From the IMG/VR virus record IMGVR_UViG_2541047596_000003: DNA of 64,000 nucleotides; one strand, given 5' to 3'. Of the stretch, positions 1 through 12,578 are shown one piece after another. The number at the start of each line of letters is the position of its first letter. The stretch's first letter is position 1. A program made the position numbers and the translations under genes. Source of the stretch: a virus. Lineage: Duplodnaviria; Heunggongvirae; Uroviricota; Caudoviricetes. Under the pieces are notes generated by a model that saw only the letters and a list, made by a program, of their open reading frames with translations, did no database searches and was not told the origin of the DNA.

Positions 1-51
1 TATTGCAGTGAAGCTTGTGCCGAAAAAGACCAGATGGCACATGAACTTTAA
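1..51 (+). CDS. 3' end of a small Rac ORF (YdaE-like Cys-rich C-terminus ...YCSEACAEKDQMAHEL), partial
   Basis: In-frame reading from window start to TAA at 49-51; position upstream of racC. Confidence 0.35.
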   Translation, partial: YCSEACAEKDQMAHEL

Positions 52-125
52 TTAATTGACTATTCGAAACTGAATTTATGCCAGAAATGGCAGGTATTCG
101 CTCAACCTTAATTAAGGAGAAAAAC

Positions 126-401
126 ATGATTACCAATTATGAAGCCACTGTTGTAACTACCGATGACATTGTTCACGAGGTGAATCTGGAAGGAAAGCGC
201 ATTGGCTACGTAATTAAAACAGAAAATAAAGAAACCCCATTCACTGTGGTTGATATCGATGGTCCATCAGGCAACGTAAAAACACTTGATGAAGGTGTCA
301 AAAAAATGTGCCTGGTGCATATCGGAAAGAATCTGCCCGCAGAAAAAAAAGCCGAATTTCTGGCAACTCTAATTGCAATGAAATTAAAAGGTGAAATCTG
401 A
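126..401 (+). CDS. racC: RacC-like prophage protein (91 aa)
   Basis: Internal ATG of ORF 78-401 giving MITNYEATVV...; matches recalled RacC length and position upstream of recE. Confidence 0.7.
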   Translation: MITNYEATVVTTDDIVHEVNLEGKRIGYVIKTENKETPFTVVDIDGPSGNVKTLDEGVKKMCLVHIGKNLPAEKKAEFLATLIAMKLKGEI

Positions 402-502
402 AAGAAATAGCCTGCGTATGGCGCAGGCTATGAACAGTGTGTATCCGGCAAGATCATTCACTGAACAAAACGAATTTTAATCTGAGTTGAGGTTAAAAAA
501 CA

Positions 503-3103
503 ATGAGCACAAAACCACTCTTCCTGTTACGGAAAGCGAAAAAATCATCCGGTGAACCTGACGTCGTCCTGTGGGCAAGCAACGATTTTGAATCGACCTG
601 TGCCACTCTGGACTACCTGATCGTTAAGTCAGGTAAAAAACTGAGCAGCTATTTTAAAGCTGTTGCCACGAATTTTCCTGTCGTTAATGACCTGCCCGCT
701 GAAGGTGAGATCGATTTTACCTGGAGTGAACGCTATCAACTCAGCAAAGACTCCATGACATGGGAACTAAAACCGGGAGCAGCACCAGACAACGCTCATT
801 ATCAAGGCAATACCAACGTCAACGGCGAAGACATGACTGAGATTGAGGAGAATATGCTAATCCCAATTTCTGGCCAGGAACTGCCCATTCGTTGGCTTGC
901 TCAACACGGCAGCGAAAAACCGGTAACGCACGTTTCACGCGACGGACTCCAGGCATTACACATTGCTCGGGCTGAAGAACTACCGGCTGTTACTGCCCTG
1001 GCTGTTTCCCACAAAACCAGCCTGCTCGACCCGCTGGAAATTCGCGAACTCCACAAACTGGTTCGTGACACTGACAAAGTTTTCCCTAATCCTGGTAATT
1101 CAAACCTGGGACTGATAACTGCTTTTTTCGAAGCATACCTGAACGCTGACTACACCGATCGAGGACTGCTGACAAAAGAGTGGATGAAGGGTAATCGTGT
1201 TTCACACATCACTCGCACGGCTTCCGGTGCTAATGCTGGCGGCGGAAACCTCACCGATCGCGGCGAAGGTTTCGTACACGATCTGACGTCACTGGCGCGC
1301 GACGTAGCCACTGGCGTACTGGCCCGTTCAATGGATCTGGACATCTATAACCTTCATCCGGCACACGCTAAACGCATTGAGGAAATTATCGCTGAAAATA
1401 AACCGCCCTTTTCTGTTTTCCGCGACAAATTCATCACCATGCCTGGCGGGCTGGATTATTCCCGCGCCATCGTGGTTGCGTCCGTAAAAGAAGCACCAAT
1501 TGGGATCGAGGTCATCCCCGCGCACGTCACTGAATATCTGAACAAAGTACTGACTGAAACCGATCATGCCAACCCTGATCCGGAAATCGTGGATATTGCC
1601 TGCGGTCGCTCCTCTGCCCCGATGCCGCAGCGAGTAACAGAAGAAGGAAAACAGGATGATGAAGAAAAACCGCAACCATCTGGAACAACGGCAGTTGAAC
1701 AGGGAGAGGCTGAAACAATGGAACCGGACGCAACTGAACATCATCAGGACACGCAGCCGCTGGATGCTCAGTCACAGGTAAATTCTGTTGATGCGAAATA
1801 TCAGGAACTGCGGGCAGAACTCCATGAAGCCCGGAAAAACATTCCATCAAAAAATCCTGTCGATGCCGATAAATTGCTTGCTGCATCACGTGGTGAATTT
1901 GTTGACGGAATTAGCGACCCGAACGATCCGAAATGGGTAAAGGGGATCCAGACTCGCGATTGTGTGTACCAGAACCAGCCAGAAACGGAAAAAACCAGCC
2001 CAGATATGAATCAACCTGAGCCAGTAGTGCAACAGGAACCGGAAATAGCCTGCAATGCCTGCGGCCAGACTGGCGGGGATAACTGCCCTGACTGTGGTGC
2101 GGTGATGGGCGACGCAACATACCAGGAAACATTCGATGAAGAGAGTCAGGTTGAAGCTAAGGAAAATGATCCGGAGGAAATGGAAGGCGCTGAACATCCG
2201 CACAATGAGAATGCTGGCAGCGATCCGCATCACGATTGCAGTGATGAAACTGGCGAAGTCGCAGATCCCGTAATCGTAGAAGACATAGAGCCAGGTATTT
2301 ATTACGGAATTTCGAATGAGAATTACCACGCGGGTCCCGGTATCAGTAAGTCTCAGCTCGATGACATTGCTGATACTCCGGCACTATATTTGTGGCGTAA
2401 AAATGCCCCCGTGGACACCACAAAGACAAAAACGCTCGATTTAGGAACTGCTTTCCACTGCCGGGTACTTGAACCGGAAGAATTCAGTAACCGCTTTATC
2501 GTAGCACCTGAATTTAACCGCCGTACAAACGCCGGAAAAGAAGAAGAGAAAGCGTTTCTGATGGAATGCGCAAGCACAGGAAAAACGGTTATCACTGCGG
2601 AAGAAGGCCGGAAAATTGAACTCATGTATCAAAGCGTTATGGCTTTGCCGCTGGGGCAATGGCTTGTTGAAAGCGCCGGACACGCTGAATCATCAATTTA
2701 CTGGGAAGATCCTGAAACAGGAATTTTGTGTCGGTGCCGTCCGGACAAAATTATCCCTGAATTTCACTGGATCATGGACGTGAAAACTACGGCGGATATT
2801 CAACGATTCAAAACCGCTTATTACGACTACCGCTATCACGTTCAGGATGCATTCTACAGTGACGGTTATGAAGCACAGTTTGGAGTGCAGCCAACTTTCG
2901 TTTTTCTGGTTGCCAGCACAACTATTGAATGCGGACGTTATCCGGTTGAAATTTTCATGATGGGCGAAGAAGCAAAACTGGCAGGTCAACAGGAATATCA
3001 CCGCAATCTGCGAACCCTGTCTGACTGCCTGAATACCGATGAATGGCCAGCTATTAAGACATTATCACTGCCCCGCTGGGCTAAGGAATATGCAAATGAC
3101 TAA
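503..3103 (+). CDS. recE: Exonuclease VIII (RecE), 866 aa
   Basis: 866-aa ORF; C-terminal PD-(D/E)XK-type nuclease region; immediately followed by overlapping recT. Confidence 0.93.
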   Translation: MSTKPLFLLRKAKKSSGEPDVVLWASNDFESTCATLDYLIVKSGKKLSSYFKAVATNFPVVNDLPAEGEIDFTWSERYQLSKDSMTWELKPGAAPDNAHYQGNTNVNGEDMTEIEENMLIPISGQELPIRWLAQHGSEKPVTHVSRDGLQALHIARAEELPAVTALAVSHKTSLLDPLEIRELHKLVRDTDKVFPNPGNSNLGLITAFFEAYLNADYTDRGLLTKEWMKGNRVSHITRTASGANAGGGNLTDRGEGFVHDLTSLARDVATGVLARSMDLDIYNLHPAHAKRIEEIIAENKPPFSVFRDKFITMPGGLDYSRAIVVASVKEAPIGIEVIPAHVTEYLNKVLTETDHANPDPEIVDIACGRSSAPMPQRVTEEGKQDDEEKPQPSGTTAVEQGEAETMEPDATEHHQDTQPLDAQSQVNSVDAKYQELRAELHEARKNIPSKNPVDADKLLAASRGEFVDGISDPNDPKWVKGIQTRDCVYQNQPETEKTSPDMNQPEPVVQQEPEIACNACGQTGGDNCPDCGAVMGDATYQETFDEESQVEAKENDPEEMEGAEHPHNENAGSDPHHDCSDETGEVADPVIVEDIEPGIYYGISNENYHAGPGISKSQLDDIADTPALYLWRKNAPVDTTKTKTLDLGTAFHCRVLEPEEFSNRFIVAPEFNRRTNAGKEEEKAFLMECASTGKTVITAEEGRKIELMYQSVMALPLGQWLVESAGHAESSIYWEDPETGILCRCRPDKIIPEFHWIMDVKTTADIQRFKTAYYDYRYHVQDAFYSDGYEAQFGVQPTFVFLVASTTIECGRYPVEIFMMGEEAKLAGQQEYHRNLRTLSDCLNTDEWPAIKTLSLPRWAKEYAND

Positions 3104-3905
3104 GCAACCACCAATCGCAAAAGCCGATCTGCAAAAAACTCAGGGAAACCGTGCACCAGCAGCAGTTAAAAATAGCGACGTGATTAGTTTTATTAACCAG
3201 CCATCAATGAAAGAGCAACTGGCAGCAGCTCTTCCACGCCATATGACGGCTGAACGTATGATCCGTATCGCCACTACAGAAATTCGTAAAGTTCCGGCGT
3301 TAGGAAACTGTGACACTATGAGTTTTGTCAGTGCGATCGTACAGTGTTCACAGCTCGGACTTGAGCCAGGTAGCGCCCTCGGTCATGCATATTTACTGCC
3401 TTTTGGTAATAAAAACGAAAAGAGCGGTAAAAAGAACGTTCAGCTAATCATTGGCTATCGCGGCATGATTGATCTGGCTCGCCGTTCTGGTCAAATCGCC
3501 AGCCTGTCAGCCCGTGTTGTCCGTGAAGGTGACGAGTTTAGCTTCGAATTTGGCCTTGATGAAAAGTTAATACACCGCCCGGGAGAAAACGAAGATGCCC
3601 CGGTTACCCACGTCTATGCTGTCGCAAGACTGAAAGACGGAGGTACTCAGTTTGAAGTTATGACGCGCAAACAGATTGAGCTGGTGCGCAGCCTGAGTAA
3701 AGCTGGTAATAACGGGCCGTGGGTAACTCACTGGGAAGAAATGGCAAAGAAAACGGCTATTCGTCGCCTGTTCAAATATCTGCCCGTATCAATTGAGATC
3801 CAGCGTGCAGTATCAATGGATGAAAAGGAACCACTGACAATCGATCCTGCAGATTCCTCTGTATTAACCGGGGAATACAGTGTAATCGATAATTCAGAGG
3901 AATAA
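3096..3905 (+). CDS. recT: RecT single-strand annealing protein (269 aa)
   Basis: ATG at 3096 ([13 protein letters not shown]...), overlaps recE stop; sequence matches recalled RecT. Confidence 0.93.
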   Translation: MTKQPPIAKADLQKTQGNRAPAAVKNSDVISFINQPSMKEQLAAALPRHMTAERMIRIATTEIRKVPALGNCDTMSFVSAIVQCSQLGLEPGSALGHAYLLPFGNKNEKSGKKNVQLIIGYRGMIDLARRSGQIASLSARVVREGDEFSFEFGLDEKLIHRPGENEDAPVTHVYAVARLKDGGTQFEVMTRKQIELVRSLSKAGNNGPWVTHWEEMAKKTAIRRLFKYLPVSIEIQRAVSMDEKEPLTIDPADSSVLTGEYSVIDNSEE

Positions 3906-3961
3906 TTCAGCCTGGCGGTGTAATGCACCGCCAACTTGAAATATTTTTTATGAGAAAAATT

Positions 3962-4156
3962 ATGAGATATGACAATGTTAAACCATGTCCATTTTGTGGT
4001 TGTCCATCAGTAACGGTGAAAGCCATTTCAGGATATTACCGAGCGAAGTGTAACGGATGCGAATCCCGAACCGGTTATGGTGGAAGTGAAAAAGAAGCAC
4101 TCGAAAGATGGAATAAACGAACCACTGGAAATAATAATGGAGGTGTTCATGTATAA
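3962..4156 (+). CDS. ralR: RalR/Lar restriction-alleviation protein, type I toxin (64 aa)
   Basis: MRYDNVKPCPFCGC... Cys-rich 64-aa ORF downstream of recT. Confidence 0.8.
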   Translation: MRYDNVKPCPFCGCPSVTVKAISGYYRAKCNGCESRTGYGGSEKEALERWNKRTTGNNNGGVHV

Positions 4157-4358
4157 AATTACCGCCACTATTGAAAAGGAAGGTGGCACTCCTACTAACT
4201 GGACAAGATATTCAAAATCTAAACTAACGAAATCAGAATGCGAAAAAATGCTCTCAGGTAAAAAAGAAGCAGGCGTTTCCAGAGAGCAGAAAGTAAAACT
4301 GATAAATTTTAATTGCGAGAAACTTCAGTCCTCGAGAATTGCATTGTATTCAAATTAA
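4149..4358 (+). CDS. ydaC: YdaC-like small Rac protein (69 aa)
   Basis: ATG at 4149 overlapping ralR 3' end; position between ralR and xisR. Confidence 0.65.
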   Translation: MYKITATIEKEGGTPTNWTRYSKSKLTKSECEKMLSGKKEAGVSREQKVKLINFNCEKLQSSRIALYSN

Positions 4359-4436
4359 AACTTCATAGCTGATTATTAATAATCAACATCGGGCGTCAAT
4401 TTCAGTCTAACATTGGCGCCTGCCAGAGGTGATGCG

Positions 4437-4652
4437 ATGGCACAAGTAATCTTTAATGAAGAGTGGATGGTTGAATACGGCCTGATGCTTCGCACTGGTC
4501 TGGGGGCCAGACAAATTGAAGCATACCGCCAGAACTGTTGGGTGGAGGGCTTCCACTTCAAACGAGTATCTCCTTTAGGTAAGCCAGACAGCAAACGAGG
4601 GATTATCTGGTACAACTATCCAAAGATAAATCAGTTTATCAAAGACTCATGA
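4437..4652 (+). CDS. xisR: Excisionase-like protein XisR/YdaQ (71 aa)
   Basis: Small ORF ending 2 nt before the integrase start; classic xis-int arrangement. Confidence 0.7.
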   Translation: MAQVIFNEEWMVEYGLMLRTGLGARQIEAYRQNCWVEGFHFKRVSPLGKPDSKRGIIWYNYPKINQFIKDS

Positions 4653-4653
4653 T

Positions 4654-5889
4654 ATGTCTAAATTACCAACAGGTGTCGAGATTAGAGGTAGATACATTCG
4701 CATCTGGTTCATGTTTCGAGGAAAACGATGTCGGGAAACATTAAAAGGCTGGGAGATTACAAACAGTAATATTAAAAAGGCCGGAAATTTAAGAGCGCTG
4801 ATAGTTCATGAAATAAACTCCGGTGAATTTGAGTATTTAAGACGTTTTCCCCAGTCCAGCACTGGGGCAAAAATGGTGACAACGAGAGTCATAAAAACGT
4901 TCGGAGAGCTTTGTGATATCTGGACAAAAATTAAAGAGACAGAGTTAACAACAAACACAATGAAGAAAACGAAATCACAATTAAAAACACTCAGAATAAT
5001 AATTTGTGAAAGTACCCCGATATCACATATTCGTTATAGCGATATCTTAAACTACCGGAATGAACTGCTGCATGGAGAAACGCTTTACCTGGATAATCCA
5101 AGATCCAACAAAAAAGGAAGAACCGTGCGCACAGTTGATAACTATATCGCCCTGCTCTGTTCGCTATTGCGTTTTGCGTATCAGTCGGGATTTATATCAA
5201 CCAAACCATTTGAAGGAGTAAAAAAATTACAGCGAAACAGAATAAAGCCTGATCCGTTATCTAAAACAGAATTCAATGCATTAATGGAAAGTGAAAAAGG
5301 ACAGAGCCAGAACTTGTGGAAATTTGCCGTTTACTCAGGACTTCGTCACGGGGAACTGGCAGCTCTGGCGTGGGAGGATGTGGATCTCGAAAAGGGAATA
5401 GTGAATGTCAGAAGAAACCTGACGATACTTGATATGTTCGGTCCCCCAAAAACAAATGCCGGGATCCGAACAGTAACACTACTGCAGCCTGCTCTTGAAG
5501 CACTGAAGGAGCAATACAAACTGACCGGGCATCATCGCAAAAGCGAAATCACCTTTTATCATCGGGAGTACGGCAGAACCGAAAAGCAAAAACTGCATTT
5601 TGTTTTCATGCCCAGGGTGTGTAACGGAAAACAAAAACCTTATTACTCGGTAAGCAGTTTGGGGGCAAGGTGGAATGCAGCAGTAAAACGTGCTGGTATT
5701 CGCCGCCGTAATCCGTACCATACGCGGCATACTTTTGCCTGCTGGCTGTTGACGGCAGGAGCGAACCCGGCATTTATAGCCAGCCAAATGGGGCATGAAA
5801 CTGCGCAGATGGTGTATGAAATTTACGGTATGTGGATTGATGACATGAACGACGAACAGATAGCCATGTTGAATGCGCGGTTATCGTAG
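4654..5889 (+). CDS. intR: Tyrosine integrase IntR (411 aa)
   Basis: 411-aa ORF with C-terminal R..HTRHT..Y tyrosine-recombinase motifs; adjacent to ttcA. Confidence 0.9.
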   Translation: MSKLPTGVEIRGRYIRIWFMFRGKRCRETLKGWEITNSNIKKAGNLRALIVHEINSGEFEYLRRFPQSSTGAKMVTTRVIKTFGELCDIWTKIKETELTTNTMKKTKSQLKTLRIIICESTPISHIRYSDILNYRNELLHGETLYLDNPRSNKKGRTVRTVDNYIALLCSLLRFAYQSGFISTKPFEGVKKLQRNRIKPDPLSKTEFNALMESEKGQSQNLWKFAVYSGLRHGELAALAWEDVDLEKGIVNVRRNLTILDMFGPPKTNAGIRTVTLLQPALEALKEQYKLTGHHRKSEITFYHREYGRTEKQKLHFVFMPRVCNGKQKPYYSVSSLGARWNAAVKRAGIRRRNPYHTRHTFACWLLTAGANPAFIASQMGHETAQMVYEIYGMWIDDMNDEQIAMLNARLS

Positions 5890-5940
5890 TTGCAAAGTTT
5901 GCCCCCAATTTGCCCCATTTAGTACCAGAGAACTGAAATA

Positions 5941-6876
5941 ATGCAAGAAAATCAACAAATTACAAAGAAAGAACAATACAACCTGAACAAATTACAAAAA
6001 CGTCTGCGTCGTAACGTGGGCGAAGCCATTGCTGACTTCAATATGATTGAAGAAGGCGATCGCATCATGGTTTGCCTCTCCGGGGGTAAAGACAGCTATA
6101 CCATGCTGGAGATTCTGCGCAATTTGCAGCAAAGCGCGCCAATCAATTTTTCGCTGGTGGCTGTTAACCTCGATCAAAAGCAACCGGGCTTCCCGGAACA
6201 CGTTCTGCCCGAGTATCTTGAAAAGCTGGGCGTTGAGTACAAGATTGTTGAAGAGAATACTTACGGTATCGTGAAAGAGAAGATTCCAGAGGGCAAAACC
6301 ACTTGCTCACTGTGTTCTCGCCTTCGTCGCGGTATCCTTTATCGTACCGCAACGGAACTGGGGGCGACGAAGATCGCGTTGGGTCACCATCGTGACGATA
6401 TCCTGCAAACGTTGTTCTTAAATATGTTCTACGGCGGTAAGATGAAAGGTATGCCTCCGAAACTGATGAGCGATGATGGCAAACATATCGTTATTCGTCC
6501 GCTGGCCTACTGCCGCGAGAAAGATATTCAGCGATTTGCCGATGCAAAAGCGTTCCCGATTATTCCGTGCAACCTGTGCGGTTCACAGCCTAACCTGCAA
6601 CGTCAGGTGATTGCTGACATGTTGCGTGACTGGGATAAACGTTATCCAGGGCGTATCGAGACGATGTTCAGCGCGATGCAGAATGTGGTGCCGTCGCATC
6701 TGTGCGATACCAACCTGTTCGATTTCAAAGGCATCACCCACGGTTCTGAAGTGGTTAACGGGGGTGATCTGGCGTTTGATCGCGAAGAGATCCCACTACA
6801 ACCGGCGGGCTGGCAGCCAGAAGAAGATGAAAATCAGTTGGATGAGTTACGGCTGAATGTGGTTGAAGTGAAATAA
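5941..6876 (+). CDS. ttcA: tRNA 2-thiocytidine biosynthesis protein TtcA (311 aa)
   Basis: SGGKDS PP-loop motif and CxxC pairs; 311 aa; known neighbour of Rac intR. Confidence 0.93.
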   Translation: MQENQQITKKEQYNLNKLQKRLRRNVGEAIADFNMIEEGDRIMVCLSGGKDSYTMLEILRNLQQSAPINFSLVAVNLDQKQPGFPEHVLPEYLEKLGVEYKIVEENTYGIVKEKIPEGKTTCSLCSRLRRGILYRTATELGATKIALGHHRDDILQTLFLNMFYGGKMKGMPPKLMSDDGKHIVIRPLAYCREKDIQRFADAKAFPIIPCNLCGSQPNLQRQVIADMLRDWDKRYPGRIETMFSAMQNVVPSHLCDTNLFDFKGITHGSEVVNGGDLAFDREEIPLQPAGWQPEEDENQLDELRLNVVEVK

Positions 6877-6923
6877 TCAGGATAGCGCCCGATGCGCAAG
6901 CGTATCGGGCTACTCTTATGGAG

Positions 6924-6956
6924 GCCGGATAAGACGCGGCCAGCGTCGCATCCGGC
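6924..6956. repeat. REP (repetitive extragenic palindromic) element
   Basis: GCCGGATAAGACGCGGCCAGCGTCGCATCCGGC imperfect palindrome between convergent ttcA and dbpA; a separate hairpin at 6887-6910 may terminate ttcA. Confidence 0.6.
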
Positions 6957-7004
6957 AATCCCGAATAAGATGTTTACTCTTGCACCCGGCAATTCAACAT
7001 TTCA

Positions 7005-8378
7005 TTATTTTAATAACCGCACCCGGCACGTTTTTCCTTTAATCTTCCCGCCCTGTAACTGTTTCCATGCTTTATGAGCAACAGCCTGACGGACCGCGAC
7101 ATAGACATGCGCCGGATGCACGGCGATTTTGCCAATATCTGCGCCATCAAGCCCGATATCTCCTGTCAGTGCACCTAATACATCACCCGGGCGCATTTTG
7201 GCTTTTTTCCCGCCATCGATACACAACGTTGCCATTTCTGCTTCCAGCGTCGCAATGGAACTATTAGCTGGCGGCGTTTGCCAGTTAAGTTTTATCTGCA
7301 ACATGTCAGAAATGATATTGGCCCGCTGTGCTTCTTCCGGAGCACAGAAACTAATCGCCAGACCGCTATTTCCTGCACGAGCTGTACGACCGATGCGATG
7401 TACATGAACTTCAGGGTCCCACGCCAGCTCAAAGTTCACCACCAGCTCAAGCGATTTAATATCCAGACCACGCGCAGCAACATCAGTCGCGACCAGTACA
7501 CGGGCGCTACCGTTAGCAAAACGTACCAGGGTCTGATCGCGATCGCGTTGCTCCAAATCGCCGTGTAATGACAATGCACTTTGCCCTACTTCATTCAGCG
7601 CGTCGCAGACAGCCTGGCAATCTTTTTTGGTATTGCAAAACACCACGCAAGAGGATGGCTGATGCAAGCTTAATAACCGTTGCAACAGAGGAATTTTGCC
7701 TTTGCTGGATGTCTCATAAAATTGTTGTTCAATGGGTGGCAAAGCATCTGTTGAGTCAATTTCAATCGCCAAAGGATCGCGTTGCACTCGTCCGCTGATT
7801 GCAGCGATGGCTTCCGGCCAGGTTGCCGAAAACAGAAGCGTCTGTCGAGATGCAGGCGCAAAACGGATGACATCATCAATGGCATCGCTAAATCCCATAT
7901 CCAGCATGCGGTCGGCCTCATCCATCACCAGCGTATTCAACGCATCCAGTGATACCGTGCCTTTTTGCAGGTGATCCAGCAAACGCCCCGGCGTTGCCAC
8001 GATAATATGCGGCGCATGTTGCAACGAATCACGCTGCATACCGAACGGTTGACCACCGCACAACGTCAAAATTTTGGTATTTGGCAGAAAACGCGCCAGC
8101 CGACGCAATTCACCTGCCACCTGATCCGCCAGTTCACGCGTAGGACACAGCACTAAAGCCTGGGTTTGAAATAGCGACGCATCAATTTGCTGTAACAAGC
8201 CGAGGCCAAAAGCCGCCGTTTTGCCGCTGCCGGTTTTCGCCTGCACGCGAACATCTTTTCCGGCAAGGATCGCCGGAAGCGCGGCGGCCTGCACCGGCGT
8301 CATGGTTAAATAACCCAACTCATTAAGGTTCGTGAGTTGGGCGGGAGGCAAAACATTCAGGGTAGAAAAAGCGGTCAC
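7005..8378 (-). CDS. dbpA: ATP-dependent RNA helicase DbpA (457 aa)
   Basis: DEAD-box motifs (AKTGSGKT, DEAD, SAT) and 457-aa length. Confidence 0.93.
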   Translation of the reverse strand: MTAFSTLNVLPPAQLTNLNELGYLTMTPVQAAALPAILAGKDVRVQAKTGSGKTAAFGLGLLQQIDASLFQTQALVLCPTRELADQVAGELRRLARFLPNTKILTLCGGQPFGMQRDSLQHAPHIIVATPGRLLDHLQKGTVSLDALNTLVMDEADRMLDMGFSDAIDDVIRFAPASRQTLLFSATWPEAIAAISGRVQRDPLAIEIDSTDALPPIEQQFYETSSKGKIPLLQRLLSLHQPSSCVVFCNTKKDCQAVCDALNEVGQSALSLHGDLEQRDRDQTLVRFANGSARVLVATDVAARGLDIKSLELVVNFELAWDPEVHVHRIGRTARAGNSGLAISFCAPEEAQRANIISDMLQIKLNWQTPPANSSIATLEAEMATLCIDGGKKAKMRPGDVLGALTGDIGLDGADIGKIAVHPAHVYVAVRQAVAHKAWKQLQGGKIKGKTCRVRLLK

Positions 8379-8638
8379 AATCTATTCTCGTGGTCATCGA
8401 CGCAAAGTTAGCAGGCGCGTATCCTCGCAGATCTACGCTCACGATGCGACAATTTAATCGGTTCTTCATCGGGTGGTGGGTCAGGCATGGGTTGCGGGCG
8501 AGGGATCGGATCGGGCACTGGAACAGGATCGCCAGGAATCGGTTCAGGGACAGGAATTTGCAAATAAATAAGTGTCGTCATATTTCCCTCTGGTCATTGG
8601 GTGGACTCTTAAAGGGTAGACGCTGATAAATAACAGGC

Positions 8639-8668
8639 AAAAAAAAGCCGACTCATCAAAGTCGGCGT
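8639..8668 (-). terminator. Rho-independent terminator downstream of zntB
   Basis: Hairpin GCCGACT..AGTCGGC followed by a T-run on the minus strand. Confidence 0.5.
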
Positions 8669-8855
8669 CGTACGAATCAATTGTGCTATGCAGTAATTCA
8701 AAAAAGGAAGTAAGACAATATGGAGCGCAACGCCCATCGCTTGACGTTGCATTCACCTGCAAGAGAGATATTGCCCTGAATGGGTAGAGAGTTTATTGAC
8801 TTCGCTCAAACTTTGCGGCGTTTTTGTATACAGACAGCCGGAAAAATTGCTTTTG

Positions 8856-9860
<1,005 letters not shown>

Positions 9861-10232
9861 TTATTTTGTAGTCTAGCCTTCTGGCCCTGTTACGCAACAT
9901 CTCATCACCCCATTACCCTGAAATGATTAATAAAATTCTGTCTAAATTGAATACAAAAAGCAAAATGCTTTTCCGTATACAAACCGTGTGAAGTGTTAAA
10001 TAGCGTCTATCATTATCAGAATTATCTGATCATATGACGTGGCTTTTTTGCGATCGGATAGCAACAAAAATTGATAAAAATAACGGGATCTCAATGATTA
10101 CGCACAACTTCAATACCCTGGACTTACTCACCAGTCCTGTCTGGAATGATTAGTGTAACGAATAATCATTTATAAAACATAATGTTATGTTGTTTTTGAT
10201 TTTAGTTTTTGATATTTGGTCACTATTTGGTA

Positions 10233-10266
10233 CACAAAAAGAAACGAGGCGTTAGCCTCGTTTCTC
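10233..10266 (-). terminator. Rho-independent terminator closing the tail-fibre operon
   Basis: Stem GAAACGAGGC/GCCTCGTTTC followed by TTTTTGTGT on the minus strand. Confidence 0.5.
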
Positions 10267-10307
10267 GGCGATGCTTTCAACATCACCATGCTATCACTGC
10301 CGCATCA

Positions 10308-10574
10308 TTAAGCCCATGCGCGGACGCCTGGATCTGGAACGATGAAAGGCTCAAGCTGAGAAATATCAACATCGTCACCAGTTATACGCACGTTGACGTA
10401 ATAACCTTTTTTCCCAATAAGTACAGGTGTCTCGCTTTCTGGATCGTCGAATACAAGGACAAAACCGATATCATCAATAAACACGGTTGACCAATTGGCA
10501 TCCAGCCAGCCGCTATTAATCACAATGTCGTTGTATTGCTGTTTGTCAGTAAATTGCAAGCTAACGTCTTTCAT
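10308..10574 (-). CDS. Hypothetical protein downstream of tail fibre (possible fibre assembly/accessory protein)
   Basis: ATG at 10574 with AAGGTGG Shine-Dalgarno, 10 nt after tail-fibre stop. Confidence 0.45.
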   Translation of the reverse strand: MKDVSLQFTDKQQYNDIVINSGWLDANWSTVFIDDIGFVLVFDDPESETPVLIGKKGYYVNVRITGDDVDISQLEPFIVPDPGVRAWA

Positions 10575-10584
10575 GTTAACCACC

Positions 10585-12381
10585 TTAAACAATTTCGCTT
10601 AATTGCGCATCAGTTAATGCCTTATGCCATACTCGAAAATTTCTAACATGACCAAATAAATGACGTTGTCCTGTCGTTGTCTGACCACCGATACGAATAG
10701 TTGCGGAGCTTTGAATATAAGTCCAGGTTGTTTTTGTTTCGCTGCTTAACTTACCGTTACTGACTACACATGTGGACCGTTCGGACTTTACCCGCATACC
10801 AATAAGCATTTTTTCCAGCCCGGCATTTTCATTTATTCGTCGGTTTGAACCACCTATATCACAATACGGAAAACCGTCGTACCCACCTGATGAACCAAAC
10901 CCCATTACGATCGCCGCTCCGGTTTGATGACCGCCGGTATCAAAAACACGCGGCGCTGCATTTGGCGTTTTATACCAGTTCTTATGTACCTCACAAAGAA
11001 CCGTAAAAGGAAGATTATAAAGGTTATTCTTGATTGGGACTGTCACCATATCGCTTGCCCGCGTTGCTGGTGCCGACCCCGTAACAATAAAAGATGATGC
11101 GCCTGCACCAGCCTCAATCTGTGGAGTGGTTACATCGAGACAATCCCCTGATGCCACCATCTGACCTGTATCCGGAGAATACTGGACGAAACCACCAACC
11201 GTATTTTCTGTTGTATCTGCTTTTAATGTAGCCTCAAAAAATATCCAGCCAGTTGCATCATCCTTAACAGACCTTGCTGTAACACGGCTTGTCTGACCTG
11301 TCTTGCTAATTATGCGGGTGGTAAGGTTCAGGTTTGCTGCTCCTATTGATGTCCTTACCTCCCCATCATAATGTTCAAATAAAATACGAACGGCGATATT
11401 ATCAACTTCACTTTTTACCCGACAGGATATAGTTACATGCTTTTCGTCCCCTGAAGTATCAACCCCTCCGGCACTCGAATACAGTCCGATAATGGTATGC
11501 GCTTTACTTGTACCAACAATCGAATCCTGTACGACAAACCGGCCATAATTAAACCCAAAACTATCTGTGCCTGTTTCTGTAACGTCCAGTGAAGTTGACT
11601 TATTCCACTTCGAAGGGTCTGTACTGTTTATTAACAGGTTTGTGCGCGTCCCCTCAATCAGTAATCCTTCGCGTTCAAAACGTGGCTCATTAATACCAGC
11701 CACAGTTAAAACACCTGATTTGTTAATGTAAGTAGCAGTGCTTGCGCGTGAGAAAGAAACAACTTTATCTGATGATATTGTTTTTTCTTCCCCATTAATG
11801 GTTACTTTTTTAGTACCAGGGCCGTAGCCCGTGATCATATCGAGAGAATCGTTAAACGGTATCCATACGTCCGGCAGCGGTTGCAAAACATACGCGTAAG
11901 GCTGTGCGGTCTGATTGGCGTATTCGTGGGCTTCGTCTCTGTATGTCTTAGCTGAATCGGCTGCGCTTGTCGCTGTTGTTGCAGCGTTGGTTGCAGTGGT
12001 AGCTGATTGTGATGCTAATTTTGAGGCTGAAATCACATCTTTGTTGTCGCTAAAAAATTCAACTGCGTCCGCTATTTCTGATTCTTTGCCCTGATAGTAA
12101 CGCAGTGTTTCGGCGACATCCTGAGCAAGACCATCCACAGAGATCGAATCTGAAAGCAGGATGCTAAATTTAGTTCCAGCCGGAATAGCCGGACTTGCCG
12201 CAGGAGTTACCGACAAACTTGTTGCGCTTTTTACCTTTGTGATTGAAAAAATCTGCACCGGATCGCTAATGGCAATAAGAGTGCAACCCACTCTGATCAG
12301 AGATAATGCGGCGTTGAATTCAGTCCCTGCCCCGGTAACTGTGTTTCCGCTAACAGCTATAGTGCCTGTTGTGTAAATCAT
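10585..12381 (-). CDS. Tail fibre protein (598 aa)
   Basis: Position distal to J; Ser/Thr/Ala-rich repeats typical of side tail fibres. Confidence 0.6.
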   Translation of the reverse strand: MIYTTGTIAVSGNTVTGAGTEFNAALSLIRVGCTLIAISDPVQIFSITKVKSATSLSVTPAASPAIPAGTKFSILLSDSISVDGLAQDVAETLRYYQGKESEIADAVEFFSDNKDVISASKLASQSATTATNAATTATSAADSAKTYRDEAHEYANQTAQPYAYVLQPLPDVWIPFNDSLDMITGYGPGTKKVTINGEEKTISSDKVVSFSRASTATYINKSGVLTVAGINEPRFEREGLLIEGTRTNLLINSTDPSKWNKSTSLDVTETGTDSFGFNYGRFVVQDSIVGTSKAHTIIGLYSSAGGVDTSGDEKHVTISCRVKSEVDNIAVRILFEHYDGEVRTSIGAANLNLTTRIISKTGQTSRVTARSVKDDATGWIFFEATLKADTTENTVGGFVQYSPDTGQMVASGDCLDVTTPQIEAGAGASSFIVTGSAPATRASDMVTVPIKNNLYNLPFTVLCEVHKNWYKTPNAAPRVFDTGGHQTGAAIVMGFGSSGGYDGFPYCDIGGSNRRINENAGLEKMLIGMRVKSERSTCVVSNGKLSSETKTTWTYIQSSATIRIGGQTTTGQRHLFGHVRNFRVWHKALTDAQLSEIV

Positions 12382-12578
12382 CGCAATAACTCCGTTTTGT
12401 TAATTAACTAAACAATTCTACCATTTTGTGATCTGTGTTACACTTTGGGCTTATACATAATGTATTTTTTGATCTATATCAACATACGAAATGATAGCTT
12501 CTGCGGTGATTTGCTCATCGGATGGGTGGATCATCACGAACAACAAATGACAGTAAAACAAACAGTAAGGTGAATACA

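Larger units (their letters stand above)
1..5940. mobile_element. Rac-type prophage, integrase-proximal end (partial, continues left of window)
   Basis: Gene order racC-recE-recT-ralR-ydaC-xisR-intR directly abutting ttcA, as recalled for E. coli K-12 Rac. Confidence 0.8.

Noticed and set aside
1150-2683. Several minus-strand ORFs of 64-147 aa inside recE (1150-1344, 1328-1744, 1527-1889, 1886-2329, 2353-2625, 2441-2683)
   Set aside because: Entirely antisense to the well-supported 866-aa recE frame, low-complexity translations, no RBS context; treated as spurious.
8390-8762. ORFs 8390-8626 (+) and 8544-8762 (-) in the dbpA-zntB intergenic region
   Set aside because: Overlap the dbpA promoter region and the zntB terminator; no RBS and unconvincing, Arg-rich low-complexity translations.
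10209-10490. 93-aa plus-strand ORF spanning the prophage terminal terminator and the 3' end of the tail-fibre-associated gene
   Set aside because: Runs through a terminator hairpin and antisense to a coupled minus-strand gene; likely non-coding.
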